From Candidatus Harpocratesius repetitus (lineage in GTDB: Archaea; Asgardarchaeota; Lokiarchaeia; Sigyniarchaeales; Promethearchaeaceae): a DNA stretch of 32,000 nt. A program made the translations under genes and the position numbers. The notes beneath the pieces are model-generated. The model worked only from the letters and a program-made list of their open reading frames with translations, was not told the DNA's origin and did not search any database. Positions 18,498 through 26,070 of the stretch are shown here, piece after piece. How positions within the stretch are numbered: position 1 is the stretch's first letter; each line of letters starts with the position of its first letter. Location: the NCBI GenBank assembly GCA_021498095.1, contig JAIZWK010000001.1:1680001-1712000 (forward strand), written 5' to 3'.

Positions 18498-20556
18498 CTT
18501 AAGTTTACAAGTTAATTAATTTTTTACAACTTTTTATTATATTTAAAGGCAAAAGATTCTTTTTCATCTCCGACTTATTTCTTTTAGTTGGTTTATTGTC
18601 CTTGTTTATATTCTTTGATTTTTGTCGTCATAGATCTAAATTTCTATCAAATATTTTTGATTATCGTTGTTTTTCTAATGTCCCTCCCATGTAAATTCTG
18701 TATGATCTAAAATTAATCACTATTAAACCGTTGTATTTAGATAAATTCAAATAGTTATCCCTCCCTTATAGAATTGAGACATACCTGACTCGAAAGAAAA
18801 AAAATGGGAAATATTATCTTTATCTTATGGAAGATGCCCGAATTAATGGAAAAAAGAAACATATTCTCCAAAAATATCTAGGTCCGGAGGATAAACTTCA
18901 AGAACTAAAAATCTCGAATGTTCTTTCAAAACATACATCTCAAGTTGATGTTGTCTCTTTCAATTTTGGAATATCCGCCGCTTTATGGCATATTGCTAAA
19001 AAGATTAATCTTATCGAAACCATTGATAGTATAGGTATCAAATCCCGCCGTCAGGGACTTTCACTTGGAGAATTCCTTCTGATTGTTGCAATAAATCGAT
19101 GTAGCGAACCTTGTTCTAAATCCAAACTAGGAATTTGGTTTCAAAAAGATTGGATCTCAACGAAATTTAATATTAAACCCGAGTGCCTAAATGCTCAAAC
19201 ATATTGGAATCATTTTCAATACCTTAACGAAGAGATCATTAATTTACTCGAAACTATGATTAATAAGAAAGTTTTAGCTTCATATAATTTGCAATTAGAG
19301 CACTTACTATTTGATCCAACTAATTTCTTTACTTTTTCAAAAAATAAAAATGATGAAAGCCTGCTTCAATTTGGTCATTCAAAAGAAAATCGAAATGAAA
19401 ATAAATTGGTGAGTTATTCCCTTCTATGTGCCAAAGATTCAGGAGTTCCTGTTATGCATGAAACTTATGCAGGAAACATTCAAGATGCAAATGCATTTAA
19501 ACATATTCCAATAAATATTCAAAATCGGTTAAATCAGCTTGGATATACACCAGAACAAATTACGCTTGTTTTTGATAAAGGAAATCATTCAAAAGAAGCC
19601 TTTAAAGCAATAGATGATGCTAATTTTGGATTTATAGTCTCTGCCCGAAATTCTTCTTATAAAACATTGCTACAATTACCTGAAAGTAAATTTATTGAGA
19701 TCAATCTTCCTGTATCAAATAAATCGGTAAAATATTATAAATGTTCGCGGAAAATCTATGGAAATATGCGTGATGTGTATGTTGTTCTTGATCCTAAAAA
19801 GCAGACAAAGCTTTCTTTTCAATTTGAAACAAAGTTGCAGGAAAAAATCATCGAAATAGATGAATTCTTCGAAAAACGATTAAATATTAAAAAATGGCGC
19901 GATTCGGAAGCAGTAGAAGAAAAATTGCAAGCATTGATTGGCAAGAATCCTTATAAATCAATAATTAAGTACTCTATTAGTGGGAATTATGCACATCTGA
20001 CATATTCAATAACAATTGATAAAAAAGCTAAACAAATTCACCTGAATACTTTGGGAAAATCAATTCTTTTTACAAATCGAACAAAATGGACTGCAGAATC
20101 AATCATTTGGGGTTATCGGGAGCAATATATCGTGGAACATGCATTTAAATATATGAAAAGTCCCACATCTATCGCGATTCGCCCTATGTATCATTATTCT
20201 GAAAAATCGATTCGTGGTCATGTATTTATTTGTGTTTTAAGTTTATTACTACTTTCTTTACTTAGATTAGAATTAGCAAATCATTCCATTCCCCTCAGTT
20301 ATTTTGAACTTCACAATGAATTACAAAATATTCGATTAATGCAGATAAATCTTACTTCACAAGGCAAATCTTTGTGGAAACTTGAAAAAACAAACCCTTT
20401 GGCAACAAAAATAGTCAGAAAATTAAAATTGAAATCTTTAATTCAAAATTAAGAAAAGTCCCTCCCAATTTTTTCATTCTTTCTCGAAAAAAACGATTAA
20501 ATTTTGTATAATTTTGAGCAAATTTTTTTGTCGATTTATTAACTTGTAAACTTAAG
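18498..20556 (+). mobile_element. Complete IS1634-family insertion sequence (2059 bp)
   Basis: Perfect 19-bp TIR CTTAAGTTTACAAGTTAAT (18498-18516; reverse complement at 20538-20556), flanked by AATT direct repeats (18494-18497, 20557-20560). Encloses an IS1634 transposase. Confidence 0.92.
18827..20452 (+). CDS. IS1634-family DDE transposase
   Basis: LLFDPTN, FGHSKENR, VPVMHETYAGNIQD, LVFDKGN, YREQYIVEHAFKYMKS..IRPMYHY..IRGHVFICVLSLL. The open frame with RKKKNGKYYLY continues upstream of this ATG to about 18755. Confidence 0.92.
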   Translation: MEDARINGKKKHILQKYLGPEDKLQELKISNVLSKHTSQVDVVSFNFGISAALWHIAKKINLIETIDSIGIKSRRQGLSLGEFLLIVAINRCSEPCSKSKLGIWFQKDWISTKFNIKPECLNAQTYWNHFQYLNEEIINLLETMINKKVLASYNLQLEHLLFDPTNFFTFSKNKNDESLLQFGHSKENRNENKLVSYSLLCAKDSGVPVMHETYAGNIQDANAFKHIPINIQNRLNQLGYTPEQITLVFDKGNHSKEAFKAIDDANFGFIVSARNSSYKTLLQLPESKFIEINLPVSNKSVKYYKCSRKIYGNMRDVYVVLDPKKQTKLSFQFETKLQEKIIEIDEFFEKRLNIKKWRDSEAVEEKLQALIGKNPYKSIIKYSISGNYAHLTYSITIDKKAKQIHLNTLGKSILFTNRTKWTAESIIWGYREQYIVEHAFKYMKSPTSIAIRPMYHYSEKSIRGHVFICVLSLLLLSLLRLELANHSIPLSYFELHNELQNIRLMQINLTSQGKSLWKLEKTNPLATKIVRKLKLKSLIQN

Positions 20557-20558
20557 AA

Positions 20559-21650
20559 TTACATAATATTTTCAAGTTGATCTATTAATTGGCGTTGTTT
20601 TGAATTTAGGCGTTTATATGGAGGAATTTCTACTTCTACACGAATATAGTGAGCTCCTCGATGATTTCCTCTGCTATTCAAAAAGGGTACTCCTTTGTTT
20701 CGCAGTCTTAATTCAGTTCCTGGGGCAATTCCTGGTTGAATGCGAATTTTGGTTGGGCCATCAACAGTTTCTATCTTTACTTCACAACCTTTAATTGCTT
20801 GGATAAAATTAATTTTAATTGATGAATAAATGTCATTACCTCGCCTTTCGAATCGACGGTCTGGTTTTATCCGGATTTTAACATATAAATCCCCTGGAAT
20901 TGCATCTTTTACTGGGTAATGCCCTTGTCCTTGAATTTTTAAATGCATTCCTTCTTCTACACCAGCCGGAATATTGATTGAATGGCTTTGTTCTACTAAA
21001 ACTGCTTTTTTTCCTTTACAAACAGGACAAGGTCTACCAATAATTTCGCCTTCTCCTCCACATTGTGAACAAGTCACTACTTGTTGCATTAATCCAAGAA
21101 TTGATCGAGTTGTGCGGGTTTCTTGTCCTGTTCCATGACATTTTGGACATGTTCTTATATCTTTTCCACCACGTCCTTCACAATGTGAGCATGGTTCATA
21201 GCGTGAATATTTCAGATTTTTTTTAACACCATGAATAACTTCTGAAAAAGTAAGAGTTATAGTTGTTTCTACATCTTCACCATGTACTCGTCTTCTTCGA
21301 GATCTACGCGAAGAAGATCCTCCCATTCCACCAAAAATATCGCCACCAAAGAACATGTCCATAATATCTGCAAATGAAGAAAAGCCCCCTCCTGAAAAAC
21401 TCATTCCATCCATATCTAAACCATTAAATCCATATCTATCATATTTCTGACGTTTTTCTTGATCGGATAAAACCATATATGCTTCATTAATTTCTTTAAA
21501 TTTTTCTTGGGCTTCTGGGGATTTATTCCGATCAGGATGCCATTTCATTGCTAGTTTTCGAAATGCACGCTTAATCTCATCTGAACTTGCACTTCTGTCT
21601 ACTCCTAATACTTCATAGTAATCTCGTTTATTCTTACTTCGGTTGGCCAT
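20559..21650 (-). CDS. dnaJ: Molecular chaperone DnaJ (type I Hsp40)
   Basis: J-domain with HPD, G/F-rich region, four CxxCxGxG-type repeats (last one degenerate, CPVCKGKK), two C-terminal beta domains. Confidence 0.98.
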   Translation of the reverse strand: MANRSKNKRDYYEVLGVDRSASSDEIKRAFRKLAMKWHPDRNKSPEAQEKFKEINEAYMVLSDQEKRQKYDRYGFNGLDMDGMSFSGGGFSSFADIMDMFFGGDIFGGMGGSSSRRSRRRRVHGEDVETTITLTFSEVIHGVKKNLKYSRYEPCSHCEGRGGKDIRTCPKCHGTGQETRTTRSILGLMQQVVTCSQCGGEGEIIGRPCPVCKGKKAVLVEQSHSINIPAGVEEGMHLKIQGQGHYPVKDAIPGDLYVKIRIKPDRRFERRGNDIYSSIKINFIQAIKGCEVKIETVDGPTKIRIQPGIAPGTELRLRNKGVPFLNSRGNHRGAHYIRVEVEIPPYKRLNSKQRQLIDQLENIM

Positions 21651-21813
21651 TTCCCTGTCACTTTTATATTGCTGTTTTTGTTCTCTGTTGGCGTGTTATT
21701 AATGTTAATTATAATATCGAATAATTAAAAAAAAAAAGGATTGAAAAAGAATTTTTAGTTTTTTTTTTTTTCATTATGTAAGCATAGACTTGAAGTTAGA
21801 TGAATCAAAGATA

Positions 21814-23778
21814 TTATTCATCTTCCCATTCAACATCGACAACTTTCTTTTTTTCTTTGCTTTTTCCAGATGGTTGTTCGTATGTTGCTCCACCTTGACT
21901 TCCGAAACCAGCACCACCTTGAGCTGCTTGTTGTGCAAATTTAGCTGCTTGAGCTGGATCCATACCGCCCATACCGCCCATTCCACCTGGTGCTCCGCCT
22001 TGAGCATAGATTTTTTCTGCTAGCTTATGCAAATGCTCTTCTAATGAGGTTTTTGCTTCTTTAATTCTGTTAATGTTCTCTGATTTTAATGCATCTTTTA
22101 CGTCATCAATCGCTTTAACTAGTTTGTTTTTTAGATCATCATCTAGTTTATCTGCGTGTTCTTTCATCATTTTTTCAGCTTGAAATGCAAGTGCATCTGC
22201 TTCATTCTTTGTTTCTATTTGTTCACGGATTTTTTTATCTTCTTCTGCATGTTTTTCAGCATCACGAATCTTAGCTTGAATTTCTTCTTCGGTAAGTTTT
22301 GATTGTCCAGTAATGGTGATTGATTGTTCTTTGCCTGTGCCTAAATCTTTGGCATTTACATGGACGATTCCGTTTTGATCTATTGAGAAAGTGACTTCAA
22401 TCTGAGGTACACCTCTGGGAGCAGGTGGAATACCATCTAAATGGAAACGACCTAATGTAATATTATCTTTTGCCATTGGACGTTCTCCTTGAATGACATG
22501 AATTTCTACACTTGGTTGATTATCAGTGGCAGTAGAGAATACTTTAGATCGCTCTACAGGGATTGTGGTATTTCTTTCGATCAAAGGAGTGGCAACACCA
22601 CCTAATGTTTCAATGCTGAGTGTTAAGGGCGTAACATCTAATAGTAATAAGTCTTCAACTTCTCCACTGAGTACTCCACCTTGAATTGCAGCACCTTGAG
22701 CAACACATTCCATTGGATCAATTCCCTTTTCGGGTTTACGTCCAAAGAAATCTTCATATACTTTTTGTACTGAAGGCATTCGGGAAGGTCCACCGACCAT
22801 AATTATTTTTTTTATATCTGATTTTTTCAGTTTTGAATCGCGTAAGGCTCTTTCCATCGGTGGGATTAAACGATTTAAGATTGGATCAATTAGTTCTTCA
22901 AATTTAGCTCGGGTCAATTCTAAATCTAAACTTAATGGTTGACCATCTTTACCCATTGCAATAAATGGTAAGTTAATTTGAGTTGAATAAGTAGTAGAGA
23001 GTTCTATTTTTGCTTTTTCAGCTGCATCAATTATTCTCATCATTGCTTGTGAATCATTAGAAAGATCAACATCAGTTTGTTTTTTGAATTCACTAATAAT
23101 CCACTCTTTTACGACTTCATCCATATCTGTTCCGCCTAATGCTGTATCTCCTGAGGTAGATAAGACTTCAAATACACCTTCACCCATTTCCATTATGGTT
23201 ACATCAAATGTTCCTCCACCTAAGTCAAGTACAGCGACTTTCATGGATCCTTGGTCTGTTTTATCTAATCCATAAGCAATACATGCTGCGGTTGGTTCGT
23301 TAATTATTCGTACGACATCTAAACCAGCAATTCTACCTGCATCTTTTGTAGCTGTTCTTTGAGAATCATTAAAATATGCAGGAACGGTGATAACTGCTTT
23401 TTCTATTTTTTCACCGAGGTAATCTTCAGAATCTTTCTTGATTTTTTGTAAAATCATGGCACTTATTTCTTCTGGAGTGTATTCCTTATTATCAATGCGA
23501 ATTTTTTCACTAGTTCCCATTTTTCTTTTTATTTTTCGAATGGTTCGATCAGGATTAGAAATCGCTTGTCGACGAGCTGGTTCACCGACTAATCTAGTAC
23601 CATCTTTAAGGAATGCAACATATGATGGAAATGCTTTACCACCCAATGAAACTCCTTCGGCAGCAGGGATAATTTCTGGTTTACCACCAATCATAACAGC
23701 AGCAGCTGAATTTGATGTTCCAAGATCAATTCCCAGGATTTTTTCTTTACGTGTTTTCTTTTCGTTTTCATTAGTCAT
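21814..23778 (-). CDS. dnaK: Molecular chaperone DnaK (Hsp70), archaeal/Gram-positive type
   Basis: [46 protein letters not shown]-repeat tail. ATG 23778 preferred because GTGAT (SD-like) lies 5 nt upstream; the ORF track starts at GTG 23787. Confidence 0.99.
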   Translation of the reverse strand: MTNENEKKTRKEKILGIDLGTSNSAAAVMIGGKPEIIPAAEGVSLGGKAFPSYVAFLKDGTRLVGEPARRQAISNPDRTIRKIKRKMGTSEKIRIDNKEYTPEEISAMILQKIKKDSEDYLGEKIEKAVITVPAYFNDSQRTATKDAGRIAGLDVVRIINEPTAACIAYGLDKTDQGSMKVAVLDLGGGTFDVTIMEMGEGVFEVLSTSGDTALGGTDMDEVVKEWIISEFKKQTDVDLSNDSQAMMRIIDAAEKAKIELSTTYSTQINLPFIAMGKDGQPLSLDLELTRAKFEELIDPILNRLIPPMERALRDSKLKKSDIKKIIMVGGPSRMPSVQKVYEDFFGRKPEKGIDPMECVAQGAAIQGGVLSGEVEDLLLLDVTPLTLSIETLGGVATPLIERNTTIPVERSKVFSTATDNQPSVEIHVIQGERPMAKDNITLGRFHLDGIPPAPRGVPQIEVTFSIDQNGIVHVNAKDLGTGKEQSITITGQSKLTEEEIQAKIRDAEKHAEEDKKIREQIETKNEADALAFQAEKMMKEHADKLDDDLKNKLVKAIDDVKDALKSENINRIKEAKTSLEEHLHKLAEKIYAQGGAPGGMGGMGGMDPAQAAKFAQQAAQGGAGFGSQGGATYEQPSGKSKEKKKVVDVEWEDE

Positions 23779-23879
23779 ATTTATCACGACCTGTTCAATA
23801 TGTGTTTCTGAATAGGATTAACATGATTTTTAATCTCTATAATAATGATGTGATTCAATGTTTATAAATGTATTGATTT

Positions 23880-23900
23880 ATGACAACTTAAGGTTGTCAT
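23880..23900. promoter_or_regulatory. Palindromic operator-like site ATGACAAC-TTAAG-GTTGTCAT in the dnaK divergent promoter
   Basis: Perfect 8-bp inverted arms with a 5-bp spacer, between TATA-like TTTATAAA (23861-23868) and TTTATATT (23900-23907). Confidence 0.75.
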
Positions 23901-23973
23901 TTATATTATTGAAATCTATATTGAAAATCACTAAGATGAAAATTTTTTTACTTCCCTCGTATTAGCCTATATA

Positions 23974-24264
23974 ATGGGATCCGAACCTGATGCAGATCAA
24001 ATGATTCATTGGATTCTGCAAAGTTTATATTTATTACTGGATGGGCAAGTTTCGGACACGCTCATATTATCTTCGCATAAAATTAATACGATTTTAGTTC
24101 AAAAATGTGGTGTTAACTTGAAAATTGATCGTATTGGTCGTTATTTGGCGCGTTTTTCCCGCCAACATCAATTAAAACGCCTTTCTACAAAGATTCCAAA
24201 ATATGTGGTAAAAAAGGAGTTGCTTCAAAAAATTTTGCAATCTTATTCAATAAAAACCACTTAG
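23974..24264 (+). CDS. Small basic protein, winged-helix-like (96 aa)
   Basis: Pattern helix-strand-helix-helix-wing (ADQMIHWILQSL / LILS / SHKINTILVQK / IDRIGRYLARFSRQ / LKRLSTKIPKYVV). The ORF is likely real; the fold is inferred. Confidence 0.65.
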   Translation: MGSEPDADQMIHWILQSLYLLLDGQVSDTLILSSHKINTILVQKCGVNLKIDRIGRYLARFSRQHQLKRLSTKIPKYVVKKELLQKILQSYSIKTT

Positions 24265-24312
24265 CTTGCAGTTCACGAGAATTTTTCTCTAATCGAATAG
24301 GAAGGTCTTACT

Positions 24313-25110
24313 GTGCCACAAACAACCAATCAGCGTCGTTATGATCATTTTATTCAATCTGGGTTAAATGCTTATAATAAAGCTGTTGAATCAAAATCAT
24401 TGAAAAAAACAGTTCTTTTAGCACAACAATCCATGGATTATTTTGAAAAAGCAATTCAAATGGCTGAACTTGTTGCAATGGAAGAACGAATTCCTTACGT
24501 GAATGAATATATTGTTCTTAATCATGCATTGATTGCTAACATTCTATTTCAAGAAAAGAAATATGATGAATCTCTACGAGCTTATGAAAAAGCCATGGAA
24601 ATTAATGAAAAAACGCTTAAAAATCAGGAAACCTTAATTCGAGATTGCTTTATTTCATCAGAAATGACTAAATTATATCTCTTACAGAAAAAAAAGATCT
24701 TAGTTGACAAAACAGCATGGAGAATTTTTAAAAATGCTAAAAATCTTGAAGATAAGCAAAAAGCGGTTAAATATTTAACAATTGCTCAAGAATTTTTTAA
24801 AAATTCAGAAAACTTATCTGGAGAAGAAAAAACATGGAAAGCTTTGCTAAAAATCTTAAAAAAGAATTGGGCAAATGATACAAAAATTAAACATGAGGAT
24901 GCAAAAACTAAAAAAATTGATATTTCAACTATTTATGATAAAATTAGAGCAGAAAAATATAATGCATATGGAGATTTTTTATTAAATAGATCTAAAAAAC
25001 CAAATTTATCAAATATTCGTAAATATTGGAAAAAATCTGCGGTATTGTATCATAAACTTCACTTAGAAAAAAAAGCGAAAGCAGTAGAAAAAAAAATCAT
25101 GAGTGTATAG
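24313..25110 (+). CDS. Lys-rich TPR-like helical-repeat protein (265 aa)
   Basis: Repeats such as IANILFQEKKYDESLRAYEKAMEIN. GTG start with GGAAGGT upstream; 48 bp after the previous gene. Confidence 0.75.
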   Translation: MPQTTNQRRYDHFIQSGLNAYNKAVESKSLKKTVLLAQQSMDYFEKAIQMAELVAMEERIPYVNEYIVLNHALIANILFQEKKYDESLRAYEKAMEINEKTLKNQETLIRDCFISSEMTKLYLLQKKKILVDKTAWRIFKNAKNLEDKQKAVKYLTIAQEFFKNSENLSGEEKTWKALLKILKKNWANDTKIKHEDAKTKKIDISTIYDKIRAEKYNAYGDFLLNRSKKPNLSNIRKYWKKSAVLYHKLHLEKKAKAVEKKIMSV

Positions 25111-25145
25111 AATATACCATAAATTCTTTTTAACTTAATTATTCT

Positions 25146-25931
25146 TTATTGATTCCAGCCCAGTTCATTCATTATCCTATCTATGAGATATTCTGTCTCT
25201 TTCAACGAAATTCCTTGGATATTTTGATCTTTTTCTGATATCAAATGAAGTTCAAGTAAATCCTGAATTGTATTTTTCCATACTTCTAAAGAGATATCGA
25301 ATTCACTAAAAAAGAAATTTTGAACTTTTTTTTTTGAAAAATCTCCAAAATCCATCAACAAAGCGAGCAAATCGAAAGCAAAGGGATGGAAAACTTTTTC
25401 TTTGTATAATTGCTTTAAAACATTTATCGCGAATCCAATCTTCTTTTGTTGATAATGCAGAAAATGAATTGTATATTTCCGTTCTGGGTGATTTTTACAT
25501 ACATATCCTTTGGATTTTGGGTAATTTCTACACATTTCTGGATGATTTCCATGAATAATACAATATGGAATATTTTCAGCAGTTTTCAAAGAAGATTGTG
25601 GGAAAGAAGATTGGTGCCAAGCTAAAAATAGACATTCTTTTGATTTTTTTGAGCTATATGGGAGAAAATTCTCTGCTAATTTTGGATGTCTTTCCCAAAT
25701 TTGTCGTTTGGAAGGAATATAATATCTATTTTCTTTGGTAGATGAATCAAAAATACACCATTTCTGCTGAATTTTTCGATAAAGTGTAATATATGGATGT
25801 TGATTTTTTTCTCTTATTTCTTGATGACTTGATTCAGAATAATTTGGAGAAATGAAGGATTCTGAGGATTTGAAATGGATTTGACCTTCAAATTCTATAC
25901 AACATTTCCCACAGCGCGAACATTGGAACAT
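25146..25931 (-). CDS. YkgJ-family (CxxCxxCC) cysteine-cluster protein with C-terminal wHTH-like domain
   Basis: FQCSRCGKCC, ECLFL, YCIIHGNHPEMCRNYP; C-terminal helices LLALLMDFGDFSKKKVQNFF...WKNTIQDLLELHLIS. Confidence 0.85.
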   Translation of the reverse strand: MFQCSRCGKCCIEFEGQIHFKSSESFISPNYSESSHQEIREKNQHPYITLYRKIQQKWCIFDSSTKENRYYIPSKRQIWERHPKLAENFLPYSSKKSKECLFLAWHQSSFPQSSLKTAENIPYCIIHGNHPEMCRNYPKSKGYVCKNHPERKYTIHFLHYQQKKIGFAINVLKQLYKEKVFHPFAFDLLALLMDFGDFSKKKVQNFFFSEFDISLEVWKNTIQDLLELHLISEKDQNIQGISLKETEYLIDRIMNELGWNQ

Positions 25932-26070
25932 TGATAATCATCTATAAAATTTTTCATAAATATTGATAAAAATGCTTACTTTGAATTGAATATTTTCATT
26001 TTTCTACATTATTTTTCAAAAATGGAAGAGTTTTTTTGTTGATATTTCCATTTTAATGTAGAGAGTTGCA

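Noticed and set aside
18690-20457. Nested element bounded by the GTCCCTCCCA direct repeats acting as a 10-bp TSD
   Set aside because: The inner ends show no inverted repeat, while the outer 19-bp perfect TIR explains the element.
23779-23973. CIRCE element (TTAGCACTC-N9-GAGTGCTAA) in the dnaK promoter
   Set aside because: Not present, and no hrcA in the window.
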